The notes: generated from the sequence alone by a model not told the origin. A stretch of DNA of 64,000 nt from Amoebophrya sp. A120 (GCA_905178155.1 CAJINV010000005.1:8533591-8597590); one strand, 5' to 3'. Positions 1 to 13,664 are shown, counted from the first letter of the stretch. A program made the numbers and translations.

Positions 1-3000
1 GGCTGCGTGCACACCGACTTCGACGACTGGCGGTCCAGGTGCTCCGAACAACCACCGTGGGCATTTACTCTAGTGTATAGCACAATTCCGAAAGAGTACA
101 TTTGTCATGCGCACTGCTCATGCTTTTCTTTTGTATTTTATCGGCTGATCGGCCCCATTTAGCCTGTACTACAAACTTTCATACATGCAGCACTACCAAG
201 CTCGTGTAGATTTTCCCCGACCCGGATACACGCTTCCCCCGCTGCTGCCTCTCGGTTGGACACCTCTTGGGTGCTCAGCTGTTTGTCAGGGCTTTTTACA
301 TGCGCGTGAGATCCGGTGGTGCAGAAAAATGCGCCACGATGGAGGTAATCCCCCGGTGTTTCCCCCCGTCTCGCCCTTGCACACTCGGGTTCCACCGTGG
401 ACATGAAAACTTTATATGATGATCGGAGGCTTGTTTGTTGTCTGCGGAGTTCCACCATGGCGTCTGATCGTAGATATTTTTGGGTCAGGTCTGCTAATCC
501 TGGCAAGTAGATTCATTTGGCGCCGGAACTCTAAACAGCTTACTTGTTCCTCAGCGCTAGTGCGCTCGCTATTGCTCTGCTCGTGTATATGAATGTTTTA
601 TTGTTTGGTCTCCGCTTGTGGATGACCGGCGATTCGCGCCTGCTCTGGTCTACTAGCCGCGCGTTACTCTTTCAGTTCGTGTGGGCTCCTGGTGCTGCGA
701 TCACCGTCGGGAGTTGAACAACACGAGAACATAAGGACGTCGGAGGTTTGAGAGCTTTATACTATTCGACTTCTTACTGCATTTTGATCCTTTTGCATCC
801 CTCACGCACGACCAGGATCTTTCAGTAGTTTGAAGCCCGCCGAAGTTTTGCGCGCGGATTTAGCTTTCTTACCCCCCTCGAAAAAAGGGGAGTCTCCTGA
901 CCCTTATGGTCGTCCCTGCCGCCGGTGGTAGCGTGCGCGTCGCCACTCTGATCTGATCTGACTATGTAGGTTATCTCTCTCTCTCTCTGTTGTTTTGTTG
1001 GGGTATGTTTTAATTTATTTCGCTAAGCTTATGTTGTACTTCTCTTAGATTGAAAATGTTTTACAAATGGTAGCGTTTTGAAAGATCCAGAAAAATGAGG
1101 CTCCTCGTCCTAGCTGAAGACGAACAAAGCTTGTTTTTCTTTTAGAAAGTGGCCCCCTTACCTTTAAGTAAAGATCCAGAAAAATGGAGATTCCCGCCCA
1201 TTCTAGACAGGAACAGAAGGGTCCACAAGAGTGCGTTTTTCTACTTCTTTTTTCCATATTTCACTTCTTTCTCGATTAGTTTTGTTTTCTCTATTAGTCT
1301 TTGTGCTTGTTGCTTCATTTTTTTTTCCTTGCTATAATCTCTTGAGTTCTATCGTAGTTGTAGGTCACTGCTATTTTTTTTCCTCTTCCATTGCCATTGC
1401 GGTTTTCACCATTGCCAACGCTGACTACTCGTAGTTCTGTCTGTGCAAACGAGATGTAAAAGGAAGCACTACACGACAAACATCGCGCGGCAAAGGAGTA
1501 GAAGAAATTAGTTGTCACGATGAAAACGTTTTAAAGTTGGGAAGTGGCTTTACAAACTGCGTTCTCTATGGTTTTGGCATATGTAAGTAGAGTACTACGT
1601 GTGGGAGTACATTTTTTTGGCTTAAGTTCTTTCACAGGGGTCGAAGTCGAATAGTTTGAACATACTTGCTACACGCATTTTTACAAGCTGACGCAAATTT
1701 TGTGTATGTTCGAACTTCCCCCGTGTTTTGTTTAATACTTTAGTAGTTTACTTCAAAATGCTTTTATTGTTGTAACTCTCTTAGCATCGGTCCGTGCGTA
1801 GCATTGCAAGCTCGCAAGCATCCGTGCATCTGAGCGCCATTCTCTAAATTTAGCGAGCGCTGGAAGTGGATGGAAGGCTTTGCATTACAAGCGAAAATGT
1901 AAAACACGTCCATCCAACCCGATCTCTAATGAAACACTTTCGCGTGAAGTATGACATTACTGTCAACAGCGCTACGCGCTAAAGCTTGCACTCGCGCCAT
2001 AAAAACCGCCTTTACGATGTGTAAGATTTGCTTTTTTAGACATTAGTCATAATATGGCGAAGATCTGCATGTTCGTAAAAAAAGACGCACGACGACCATC
2101 GTCAAAAGGAAGTAAGGGTGCGAAGTGCAATGAGAAACTGGAAAACTCCCATAGTACGTCACGGATTTTTTGGAAGAAAAAACTACTTGTATAATTTGAA
2201 AAGTGTACAACTCGTGTCTGGTTCTCTGGACAACGAGTTGGTGATAAGTATCAGAGTGCACAACTCACACTGTGTTCCACCAGGTGCGTACCCGCGTGCA
2301 CGTCCTAAAAAAATTCAGACGCAGCGCCGCTTCGTCGGAGGAGCTTTCGAAGGTGCTGAGGACCTCAAAATAAATCTACGAACGTTAATATCAATCTTCT
2401 ACAACTGTCAGGCTACCTTGTTCAGATACTCATCGGCTTTTCTAGTTATAGTGCTTATTTTTTTCCCAGGTTTATTACAGTTACTCTGGTTAATATCGCG
2501 TATAGTTATTGTTATGTCTGCTCTACAGTCTAGTTCTATTCGGTAGGTTTTTTGTTGCTATTATTAAGCTTTTTTCCTTTTTTTCCATTGCCATTGCTGT
2601 CTCGCCATTGCCATTGCTGACTTCGCGGCCATACTTCGTGTGTCAAAAGCTGTAGTTTTCCTTTTCTACCAACGTTCTCCAAGCTGTTGTCTATCTTGTT
2701 GTTCTGTAGTTGAAAAAGTTATCAAGCTGATTCTGTCTCTTCCGATAGTCACTGTTTTCGCAGCTCTACATTTTTTCCTTGGTTATATTCTCTGTTATCT
2801 ATTTTGTAGTTGTAGGTCACTGTTATTTTTTCTCTTCCATTGCCACTGCGGATCTCACCACTGCCATTGCTGTTTTCGCGACCAGTCGCGATCTGGTGCA
2901 CAGCTGGGAGGACATCGCGTTCCCCGCTGCTGCTTTGTATGTTGGATCTTCGTTTCTCTCATCATGTTAGCGCTAGAACCTCGTCGCACTGCCACATACA

Positions 3001-4194
3001 TCAATTTCCAAGACGGCTGGTGATCCATCGCTGCAGGTTTGCCGAGGCGATTGGTGAAGCCCGTCGGCTTGTCTTTTCTTTCCCAATTAACTGCAGGCTT
3101 GGTGGGGTTTCTTTTTTTGCAGCAGCAGGCTGTTAGTCTTAGTTATCGGGATTTTATAGCTTTTGGTGTCTGTCCGGACAGTAGAATGTGCTTCGGTCTA
3201 AATCGTGTAGATTCATTTGCCGCCACACGACGCGCCCTTCTTGGACTGTCCGCCCTGCACGCCCACTCTGGTTGCGAAGTTCTTGCTCCGCCTGCGCCGG
3301 CGGTCGAGGAGGAGGATTTGGCTGTGATGATGGTGTCGTGCTGTTAGCACCCCTTCCTTTACATTTCGATTAGAATTCGTCCGCTACTCTGTTATAGTTT
3401 TTTTTCCGCTTCACTTCAGCATTTGTATCATAATTCGCAGAGCAGCTTCCTCTGTGGATTCCTTCCTAGCGCTCTATCTAGTATCTCGCGCGGGCTGCAC
3501 CGAACAGCAACCTTCGGTCTCCCGCCTGTTTTGTTCCATTTGTATTTGTGAGACAGCAACCTCTCACCCGCATTGCGTGGGGACCTTCGAGTTTTCACCG
3601 TAGGCAACCTGCACGTTTTGCATTGCGCTTTTCTGATTTGTAGACCTTCGGCGGTGCTTTTATTCCTTGTAGCCTTTTATCATGCGGAACGTTTGCTCTG
3701 ATTTTACTACACCTCCATTCTTTTTATCTTTGCAGAAGATCAAAGCGTTTTTTTTGCTCTACACCGCTGAAGTACCCGGAGACAGCAACCTCTCCATGCA
3801 GGGTTTATGCGAATTCCGATGAGAAGTCGGATTAGCTGACTTTTCGTCATACCACGCCTCACGTACACCATCAGAAGTGTAGCATTGGCGTCGGCCGCAA
3901 AAAAAGTCGGTCGGTTTCGACCGTGGACACGCGCGACTTTCAGTGTCCTTGTCGGGGTTTATGGCCTAAGTTTCCCAGTCCCACCCAGTAGGCATGATTT
4001 TCAGGCCGGGGTTTGTATGATCACGTGGGAGGAGGACAGGGTCACTGTTAGCCGCCTCTACTAAAACTAGTAAGCGTGGCCGAGTTTTAGCTCATGAAAG
4101 CTCCAGCTGCACTCTTAAAGTTCTGGAACGCCGCCCCGCAGCCAAGCCAAGCCAAAACTTTCTGATTCTGATTCTCTAAATTAGTCCGCTGTCC

Positions 4195-4620
4195 ATCACC
4201 CTTGCCGCCCAAAGGGCGAGGGGTCGTGGAACAAGATATAGGGAGGATCTTCTCGCTGATAAATTTTCAGTGCTGCTTTTCAACATCCGGGAGCCATTTT
4301 ATCAAATGCAAACCATTTCTGTATACCGCTCCTGTAAGGAGGCAGCAGCATCCGCTAGAGTGCAGGATGCGCGATGGACGCGACACAAGGCTTCATGACA
4401 TTGAAGCCTGTGTCGCTGACATTGAAAGACCGTTCTAAAATTAATCACATTAGACACGACGCTAGTAGCGAAGACGCATTGATGCTGCCATCAGGAACAT
4501 TGGAATAAGAGCCCGCCGGTGCGCTCTAAGTCGCCCCCCCAGCCGGGCGGCCCAGGCACCTCCAGGATCCTTGCTCACCTCTTGCGATGTTCGTCCAAAT
4601 CACGAATACAGCGGGTTGCT
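4195..4620. repeat. Dispersed ~420-bp repeat, copy 1 (copy 2 at ~13665-14087)
   Basis: Long shared blocks, e.g. tgctgcttttcaacatccgggagccattttatcaaatgcaaac and gaagacgcattgatgctgccatcaggaacattggaataagagcccgc. Confidence 0.8.
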
Positions 4621-5934
4621 TCACGCTCTTGCTCGTCCGTACAGGATCAAATTAAGAGCCCCCCAAACCTCTCGAAGGGTCGCGTGGATCGTGTATGTAT
4701 GTACTTACTACAGCCAGGCGATCCATCTACATCTGCAGGGAACAGCATTAAGTTCATCTTTGACCCAGTGCAGCAGGGGACGACTACTTTCTTCGTGCGA
4801 CTGCTTTTTGGCGCATGGCTTTGGAAGAAGATGATCTCCATTTTACTAGCGAAGGATGTGAAAAAACAAAAGAGTGATCACTACAGTTGGAATGAGTTCT
4901 TTGTGGAAGATAGAAGTCTCCGCTTCACTGCGGAAGAAGAAGGGGCAGGAGCTCAAGAAGATGATGAACTCATACCGTGTAGAAGTGCTCCGCATCATCG
5001 GTCAACGATGAGTAATAGTTCGGTTTCTCAAGCTCAACATGAAGAACATGAAGTTTCTCATGTAGAAGTCCCCAACTAGAAGTAGCACATCGGTCAAGAT
5101 CACGAGGAAGTTTTTTTGCTACAACTTGGACTACAAATTACTTACACAGTTGCCAAGAAGATAGCATAGAACATGATCAAACAAAAGTAAATACAACAAA
5201 GCAAAAGTGGCGGTCGCATAGCCCTTCTGCAAAGCTCAACATAATGATCATCCGGATACTAGAAGTAAAAAAATCTTCTGATCTGTCACGGTACTAAAAA
5301 TTTTGCCGCTAGTGCTCCGTCGGTGGTATTAAGTACTATCTCGTGTTGTACAATCACTATATCTGCCCTTAGCTGCAGCCGCAATGCCTCGCTTACTCTC
5401 GTGGCAAAAATCGCAATAGCAATAGCAATTAGGACGACTCGTGGTCGTCCGAACAACAGAAGCAAGATCACCCAGCACATTTCGGTCGTGAAAAGTCGAT
5501 CTTGATGTTTCTCAATTGTGAGAAGTACTTAAACTCGCTCACATTGTGATTATTATATACAGCAGCCTTGTAGTTGTGGTCCTCCGCTTTCTACTGATAG
5601 CAAACACCCTACTATTTTTTCCAAACGCCACCCCGGTACAGCGCTGTGAGTCTTTCTTGTGCAATTATTTGTCTACTACATCTTTCTACTATACGTCATT
5701 TTGAAGATTTTCAACATCAAGGGAACCAACTACAAGCGAACTAGAGCCGCAACGAGAAGAACAGTGTAAAGTTTCTTTTCCACGACCTCCTCTTCTACCT
5801 TTTTTACTGACTTTCGACGTCGACCATTGGTCTACTTATTTATACTTGAACTTTTTCAGTACTGTCTCCCTCGTCTCCCCTACATAGCTTGCGACGTGCA
5901 CTATCAGAAAATACCGAACTGATCGGGAAAAAAG

Positions 5935-8900
5935 ATGACTGCCGAACACGTTCGTACCGGTCAACATGATCCCGTGGTCCACAACGTCGTTGCTACAGAG
6001 GACCATCACATTCTGAACGGCGAGTATCCAAGAAAAAAACTGTGTAAGTGTAACTTTGTAATGCAGAACATGCAACAGTAGAGTTGCACCTGTCATGCCC
6101 GATAGCCATGAACTCCTCTTTTCATGTGTGTTTTCCCTTACAAGCCACGCATGGCAGGTGTTCGCTGTCATGTAGAGCAAATTTGTGATGCTGTCAGCCA
6201 AGCAAACTTACACTAACACAGTTTTTTTCTTGGATAGCGAGGAAAGTTCCTCCCCGCTCCTTCGGACCAGCAGTCCAAGTGGCGAAAACAGCAGGACAGA
6301 AAAAAGTGCAGCTGCTTCTAACCGCTCCTGCTGTCATCTGCCCCTTTGGGCCATCGTCTTGATGATCGTGGGTGGTCTCAGCGTGCTAACGGCTGTCGTG
6401 GTAGTGCCGGTAGTTGTATGTGCTGCAAATATCGATCTGGGTCTGGAAGTTGGAAGGTTTGTCATGCAGGTCGCGCATGGCCCAGAAGGTGAAGGTCAAG
6501 GTTTGGAATGCGGGCCCCAGCATAAAAAGTTTTTCTAGAAGGATTAGGATCCTCGATGCTTATATCGCATGAAAAATGTTAGTACCCTTTCGGGTAATAT
6601 CCAAAAGTGGGGGCTTGTTTTATTTCTGGTCAACATGCAAGACAGATTTTTGCGTCGATCACGATCAGCTTTAAAAATAGCAGGACAAATAACTCGGACT
6701 CACTTCCAGACCCGGATCGATATTTGCATGCGATAGGTTGTCCTTGCCAACCAGAACCGCGAACAGACGGTTTCTGGTGGTTCGCCGGGAAACAATCCTA
6801 CCCCCTGCCCTCCCGGAGGAAACAATCCTACCCCCGGCTCTGCTCCCGGAACAAATCCTCCACCCGCCCCCGCCCCGGGCGCAGGAGGAGGTGGTGGTGG
6901 TGGTAACAACCCTGTAGTTGATCCCAGAGAGTGTTTGCCGAAAGCCCCGGGCATTGCGGCGGGGGAGTTCGAGATCGGGGCCGAAGGGGGCGGAGGAGGA
7001 GGTGGTGGTGGTGGTAACAACCGTGTTGATCCCAGAGAGTGTTTGCCGAAAGCCCCAGGCATTCCGGCGGGGGAGTTCGAGATCGGGCCCTTTGGCAACG
7101 ATGCCGACGCTATCAAATGTAAGAATGTCTGGGTCTGGAAGATTCTGACACTTGTCATGCACGTTTTGCGTGAGCCCTGATGTCTGTGATGCATGTCCTA
7201 GCGTCACAGATTTTTTGAGAGCTTCTTGATGCCTATTCCGCATGACAAATGCCCTCTCCGCGTAGCAAAAATTACATTCCCTTTGGTACTCATGCAATAC
7301 AGATTTTTTTGCAATCCAAATGCAGCATCACAAGTTGCATTCTTCCAGACCCAGACATTTTTGCACTTGATAGACGCCGCCCGCCGATTGCGCTTCAAGG
7401 CGGAGATCCGCCGGTGCGTCAAAAAGCCGGACGCCGCGCCGCAAGCGGATTTTGACCAATTGCTGAATGACGCCGACGCGAAGCTCGGGAAGCTCATCTA
7501 CGCCTTCGACGAAGGTCCTTCCAAGAGAGTCGCATCGACCTGCTCCCCAGATGTGGAGAACAAGACGCACACTTTATTACAATGAAAAATGCCCCCACCC
7601 CCGAACTTGGAAGCCAGCATTTGTATTGCGAACCTTTCCAAATGAAAAACTCACCCTCTTGCATCTATCAGCATCACAGATTTCCAATCGTGAATAGCAA
7701 AAATTTGTATTGTAAAGGGCCCCAGCAAGGGCGGCGCTTGTCATGCAAGCGATGCGATACACGCTTAGACTCTGCATCAGAAAGATGCATACTCCTTTCA
7801 TGCATGGCAAAAGGTTTTCATTTGGAAACTTCGCATCACAAAGTTTTGGAACTGTGGGGGTGGGGGCATTTTTCACTGTAATACACCTACGTCGTCCGAC
7901 TCTGGTTTCCGAACGCGCCCTACGGGAATAAGAAGGCGTCGCCCTATATGGAAGCGTCAGGTTTTGAAATCGACAAAGTTGAAATGATTTGGCATGCAGA
8001 AAATGCAAGGCATGAAGTGCCTGTCTTGCCGAGATGGCAAGCGAGGTCGATTGTGAGCCTGTTGAGGGTTTGAAATAGAGCTGCTAAAGTAGCATGGCTT
8101 GTGTGCCCAAACAGCATGACAGGTTGGATTCCGGTGCTCAGAAAATTTGTCATGCGCCGCTTCATAACTGGGCTTCCGACTGGTATCGCTTTTGTGCATG
8201 ACAAACTATTTCAACTTTGACGATTTCAATCCTGACACCCTCATACCCTACCGCCGCAAGTTTTTCAACCGCCGCCCCCTGCCGGAGTACCTCGCGGACT
8301 ACGGACTGACGTTCGCCGACTCGGTCATGAAGGCCGTGGAGGTGGTATCCTGTGTAAAAACGTCCCCACCCCATAGTCAAGTTGGAAAGTTAGCAACACA
8401 AATTTAGGGTTCATAAACAGGTTTAGGGTTCCGGCTTGTGTTCAGGCCCGAGAGGCGACCACACTGCCTCCTCCTAGTCGTGTGCCAGGTCGCGAAAAGA
8501 TGTAAACCCGCGTCTGTCTATCGAGGGTCGAGGTAAGAGGCAACGCCAATCACCACCTAATTCCCATCCCATCCCACACAAATCTCAAAGTCTTGGGAGC
8601 CACGCATGACAAGTTGCAGTCCGTAGTGTAGTGCAGGTTCGTAAGGGCAGCCGCGTCACAAATCCATCTGCGCATCCTGTTTCCAGCATTACAAATTCCA
8701 AAACGCGGCTAGAAATGCCTCTCGTGGGGACCCGCATTGCAATTGTTTCTGTAGATGCAAATCTGCATGACAGCTATGCGGTAGGGACGTTTTTGCTCAG
8801 GATAGGTTGACAAATTGGGACTGCCCGCGGTCGCAGCGCACAAATTGCCGCAACCCGGAGGATATCAAATGCAAACATCGATCTGGGTCGTGTGGAAGAA

Positions 8901-11900
8901 TCGAAGGTTTTTTGTCATGCAGGTCTTCAAAGCCGCATGAGCTCTGGAATGCAGGGCCTAGCTTGACAGATTTTATTCTGAGGTCTTTATCATGCCTATT
9001 CTGCTGTCGATGAGAAACTCCTTGTCCTTCCCACCCTGAGTTTTATCAAAGCTGGCAACTGTTGGCAGTCACGCAGCACAGATTTTTGCGTGCTGACCCA
9101 CAGCACGCATTACAAGTTTGAGCGGCTCCCAGACGGACCCAGACATCATATTTGCAATGCATAGAGGAGATGCCGACGCGAAGACCGCTGAGACCGCGGC
9201 CGCCGCTACGGTTATCAAAACAAAAAAGTTCGTCACGATCACTCATGGGCATCTTTGCAATACAAAATTGTCTGTCATGCGTAAAAATGCATCACAGCCA
9301 CATTTCGTAAGGGATTTCCCTAGTGTTTCTGCAATACAAGGAGAAGTTGTGATGCTAAAAAAATTTGTAATGCAAAGCCTGCAACTTAGTGACTGTGACA
9401 AACTTTCTTCTCTCCATAACGGTGAGTCGGATGCTCGTTGGCCACAGCAACGCCGGCCCGGGGTCCCTGGCCCTGTTTGCCTACCACCCGGATCTCTTCC
9501 ACGAGTTGCTGCTGCTAGACCCCGCGTTTTGCGACGCGAGCGCCCGTTACGGACTGCAGCGCGCCCAGCTTGAGCCGTATACTACGCCTGCGGATCGCCT
9601 GGCACACGCAGAAACGGTCGCGGCGGCTGCGGATGACGCAAACGACACGGCGGAGCTCTATGGCGTTCTCAAGCGTTACATTCTCAACTGTTACATGAAT
9701 TTGTGATGCAAGAATGGCAAAAGTGAAAGGAAGGACCTTGCGCGTCTTGCATGACAGATTTGGCGCAGATTCTCAGCCTGTTTGGCCGTCTGGAAATTTG
9801 TCATGCGAAGCAGCTTGACGGCGTTGATAGTCAAGGCGATTTTGCATGACAAATCATGTAACAGTTGAGAATGTAACAGTTGAGAACGCCATAAGCTCTT
9901 CAAGCGAATGCGGGAACACCAGAATACTCCCGCCGGGCCCTATAATTTGTACAAGGCCTGGATCCAGAGCCAGTGGAAGGACACCGAAGACGGCCCGGTG
10001 GAGAATTTCGAAGCGGTATCCGGAGTAAAAACGTCCCCAACCGCCCAGAGTTGTCATGCAAATCTGCATGATGCCAAAAAAAATCTCTCATGTGGAGCAC
10101 CATGAGAGGCATTTATGTCCAGCCGTGTTTTGGGATTTCTGATGCTAGAACCAGCATAATATACATCTGTGAAGATGCTGCTGAGCTAGCGAAATCGCGG
10201 ATCACACTACGAGGACCGAAGCTTGTCATGCGAACCAAACAAAGCTAGTTGATTTGTCTAGCTGATCTCCCATCTTGCCTCTGGTAATATAATGGGGACG
10301 TTTTTGCTCAGGATAACTGGCGACTTTTGAGTTTCCTGGGCAAAACGGTATCCAGGGCGCAAAAGCCCTGGCTAAGTCCTTCGCCATGAAGGAGTTTCAG
10401 CGGCAGAGAGAGTTTATCCTGTGCAAAAGCATCGTACTCGTATTTTTGCAATCATGCATTACAAATCTTTTTCTTGAGGAAAATCCGCATTACCTCATGC
10501 TGAGGAAATTTGTCATGCATTTATACGAGTGCGATACTTTACTTTTACACTGCATAAAGTTCTTGCAAGATAATAATCTTCCCCGAAGCAAAGGAGTTGC
10601 ACTGGGAACAAAAATGTTCCGCAAATATCTGCTTCTTATGGCGTTCTCAAACGTTACATTCTCAACTGTTACATGATTTGTCATGCAAAATTGCCTTCAG
10701 AATCGACGCCATCCAGCTGCTTCGCATGACAAATTCCCAGAGGGCCAAGCAGGCTGATAGGCGGTTCCAAATCTTTCATGCACGACGCGCAAGATCCCCC
10801 CTATCACTTTTGCCATTCTGGCATCACAAATTCATGCAACAGTTGAAAATGTAACAGTTGAGAACGCCATACTTCTTGGCGGTAGGTTCGGTAACGCGTT
10901 GGCGGTGACCGGTATCCAAGGAAAAAACTGCGTAAGTGTAAGAACTTTGTTGTGTTGCAGTAGACGATGCGAGACAATTACACCTGCCATGCTCCTGGTG
11001 GACATGCGTCACACGCTCTATTCGTACAACATGCTATATTTATTCGCGGATAGGGATACCAGCTACGCATGACAGGAGGTGGTTTTCTGTGTCATGCAGA
11101 GCAAACTTGTGAAGATGCTATAGTTCCTGCAAGAATAAAGTTCTTACATTTTATTTTACACAGTTTTTCTCTTTCATAGCCGGGGCCACCACCAAAATGC
11201 AGCGCAAACTGGATAGCACGAAAAACCGAGTCTTCCGGGACTACTGGGGCGGGAAGCTGCTCGAGAGCCACTTATCAAATGTAAAAATGTCTGGGTCTGG
11301 AAGAAGAGAAGTTTGTCATGCAGGTTTTCCATGACGCATCAGGTCTGGAATGCGGGACCTAGCATAACAAAGTCTGTGAGGTGTCTACCATGCCTATCCT
11401 GCATGAGAAACTCCCTCCAAACTTGGCCGAATGTGGACAGTTTTTGGCACTCATGCAACACAGATTTCTGCATGATTCGGATTTAGCATGACAAGTTGCA
11501 ATCGTCCAGACCCAGACATTTTTGCAATCCATACCACTCGAATCTGTACAAGCAGGACAGCGCCATGGCCTCGCAGGTGAGCCACAGCCTCCCGGAGCGC
11601 TATCCTGAGTAAAAACGTCCCCACACCAGAGTCGGGATGGGGATTTTGCAGCACAAGCCCAGGAGTTTTGTGAGTCACGCATGACAAGTTGCACTCCGCA
11701 GCGTAGTGCAGGTTAGAAAGTGCCGCCGCATCACAGATTCGTCTGCTCATCCTGTTCACAGCATCACAAATTCCAAAACACGATTGAAAATGGCTCTCAT
11801 GGGGATGCGCATTACAAGTCTTCCTGTCTTTGCAAATTTGCCTTACAACTCTGGCGTGGGGACGTTTTTACTCAGGATAGGCGCAGCATCGTGGTCACGT

Positions 11901-12118
11901 GGGGAGACTCGCTGCCCCGTCCGAAGAATGCCAGCGAAACGCCCAATATGTTTGACTGGATTCCGTTCCAGGCCAGTGTCTGGACGGACGAGTTAAAGCG
12001 CCTCGCGGGGGAGGGGAAAAAGTTGACCACTTTGGACCCCATCATCACCCCCGGATATCATGTGCCCATGTTGGAGGAGGCCGTTCCAAAAGGCCTACAG
12101 GCACTGAAGTCGGCATAA
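5935..12118 (+). CDS. Alpha/beta-hydrolase fold protein with N-terminal transmembrane segment (16 exons, ~674 aa after removing 15 introners)
   Basis: Exons (left DR kept): 5935-6024, 6242-6416, 6741-7110, 7378-7574, 7889-7946, 8251-8345, 8810-8862, 9169-9212, 9424-9658, 9899-10016, 10321-10414, 10562-10636, 10877-10912, 11184-11272, 11539-11600, 11885-12118. Total 2025 nt, stop-free from ATG to TAA. Motifs: TM LWAIVLMIVGGLSVLTAVVVVPVV; nucleophile elbow MLVGHSNAG...HPDLFHELLLLDP; IVVTWGD; C-terminal PGYHVPMLEE. Confidence 0.85.
6025..6236. mobile_element. TAT...ATA introner, family B
   Basis: TIR tatccaagaaaaaaactgtgt / acacagtttttttcttggata; DR GCGAG. Confidence 0.9.
6417..6735. mobile_element. 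TAT...ATA introner, family A
   Basis: TIR core tctgggtctggaag / cttccagacccgga; DR AGTTG/GGTTG. Confidence 0.88.
7111..7372. mobile_element. TAT...ATA introner, family A
   Basis: TIR tatcaaatgtaagaatgtctgggtctggaag; DR GACGC. Confidence 0.9.
7575..7883. mobile_element. TAT...ATA introner, family C
   Basis: TIR tattacaatgaaaaatgcccccacccc; DR CACTT/CACCT. Confidence 0.9.
7947..8245. mobile_element. TAT...ATA introner, family D
   Basis: TIR tatggaagcgtcagg...aaagttgaaat; DR CCCTA. Confidence 0.9.
8346..8804. mobile_element. TAT...ATA introner, family E, with nested 172-bp insertion (8404-8575)
   Basis: TIR tatcctgtgtaaaaacgtccc; DR GGTGG/GGTTG; nested insert flanked by ACACAAAT (8396-8403, 8576-8583). 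Confidence 0.85.
8863..9163. mobile_element. TAT...ATA introner, family A
   Basis: Family A TIR; DR GAGGA. Confidence 0.88.
9213..9418. mobile_element. TAT...ATA introner, family F
   Basis: Imperfect TIR aaagttcgtcacgatcact / agtgactgtgacaaacttt; DR ACGGT. Confidence 0.85.
9659..9893. mobile_element. TAT...ATA introner, family G
   Basis: TIR tatggcgttctcaa...ttacattctcaactgttacatga; DR AGCTC. Confidence 0.9.
10017..10315. mobile_element. TAT...ATA introner, family E
   Basis: TIR tatccggagtaaaaacgtcccca; DR AGCGG/ACTGG. Confidence 0.85.
10415..10556. mobile_element. TAT...ATA introner, family H
   Basis: TIR core atcgtactcgtat / atacgagtgcgat; DR GAGTT/AAGTT. Confidence 0.85.
10637..10871. 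mobile_element. TAT...ATA introner, family G (opposite orientation to 9659)
   Basis: Family G TIR; DR CTTCT. Confidence 0.9.
10913..11178. mobile_element. TAT...ATA introner, family B
   Basis: TIR tatccaaggaaaaaactg; DR ACCGG/GCCGG. Confidence 0.85.
11273..11533. mobile_element. TAT...ATA introner, family A
   Basis: Family A TIR; DR CCACT. Confidence 0.9.
11601..11879. mobile_element. TAT...ATA introner, family E
   Basis: TIR tatcctgagtaaaaacgtccccac; DR AGCGC/GGCGC. Confidence 0.9.
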
Positions 12119-12959
12119 AAGTGGTTCTATCTACATCAAGTATTTTTCCGCTCTGCCTCTTTATGTTTTGGTTTTGGAAGATGAAATAAAGCTGATGTGG
12201 TCCTGCTCCTGCAAATAGAAAAGAAAAATTACTTTCATAGCCGCAAGAGCCAGAGCCTTCTCGCAGAAATGCTCATGCTTGCTAGTACAACTTCTCGAAG
12301 TATTACTATAAACAAATTATGTACTATCTCCGTAACCTTCCCAACTCTCGTACATTCGTTGTGGTCACCTCGGTCGGGCACGACAAAACCCAGCAGATAA
12401 ACAAATTATGCGGGAGACGAACAGAAAGACCGCGTTTTTCTTTTTATTTATTTATTTCTCGACGAAAGGGCACCTTGTCCGATACCCGCCGACGCGATGG
12501 GCCCACATCATGCTGTCCGCCACAGTACAAAAGCAAAAACACGGACAAGGAGCAACAAAAACCTGGCTTACAGAAATCCGCGCCGACATGACAAAAATGC
12601 GCGCTACGGTTCGCGACTGTCTTGATCGAAATCCTTGGCGCCAAATCACAAAAGGACAACAAACAGGCTCAGCTAGCAGCCACAGCACTTCTTCCGCTGC
12701 GTCTTTCGAAGAGCAAATTATTCCTATTCAACAGATAAGAAGATTACAGGGACGAAAAAGAACAGGAGTAGGTCGCGGGACAATCTAAGGCTTAGAGTCG
12801 AACAGATTACAGTCATCATTTCTCGACGAAAAGTACAGGTCGGGCCCGCGAGTGGTCTTTTGGTTAATTTTTTCGTATTGTTTTGGACAGGTATTTGTTT
12901 CGTTTTGGACAGGGACCACCACAACTCGACGTTTTGGACAGCGATTTATTTCGTTTTGA

Positions 12960-13452
12960 TGTTTTTAAGGAACTCTGAGTCAAGTAGAGCTACATGTTTT
13001 GAAGGAACTCTGAGTCAAGTAGAGCTACATGTTTTGAAGGAACTCTGAGTCAAGTAGAGCTACATGTTTTGAAGGAACTCTGAGTCCTCAAGTAGAGCTC
13101 TAGTGTAAGATGAACTTCTTCATTGTGTAAGATTGACCACAGACAGATTTTACCTATGCACATGTTTTGAAGGAACTCTGAGTCCTCAAGTAGAGCTCTA
13201 GTGTAAGATGAACTTCTTCATTGTGTAAGATTGACCACAGAAAGATTTTACCTATGCACATGTTTTGAAGGAACTCTGAGTCCTCAAGTAGAGCTCTAGT
13301 GTAAGATGAACTTCTTCATTGTGTAAGATTGACCACAGAAAGATTTTACCTATGCACATGTTTTGAAGGAACTCTGAGTCCTCAAGTAGAGCTCTAGTGT
13401 AAGATGAACTTCTTCATTGTGTAAGATTGACCACAGAAAGATTTTACCTATG
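12960..13452. repeat. Compound tandem repeat: 3 x 35 bp, then 4 x 98 bp
   Basis: Unit tgttttgaaggaactctgagtc(ct)caagtagagc; 98-bp units start at 13063, 13161, 13259 and 13357. Confidence 0.9.
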
Positions 13453-13664
13453 GTGCACAAGAACTCCTGTATAACGTTTATTTTAGCAATAAAACAACTG
13501 AGTCTAGAGTTCCACTTTCACCACAGGCGACAGAAGAATCAGCTCCTAGCGTCGTCGAGTCAGAAAGCTCTCCACCTCGTCGAATCAGAAAAGGCAGGTA
13601 TAAAAATCCGATGAATAGCGAGAAGATCGTGCGAGATTGTTCCACTATTAATGATTGGTCCGCC

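Noticed and set aside
1-5900. Protein-coding genes in the first 5.9 kb (e.g. ORFs 2118-2546 and 4519-5079)
   Set aside because: No recognisable motifs; the region consists of degenerate duplications (about 1300-1430 versus 2770-2880) and dispersed repeats.
12960-13452. CRISPR-like repeat-spacer appearance
   Set aside because: The intervening sequences are near-identical copies, not unique spacers; there are no cas genes and the context is eukaryotic.
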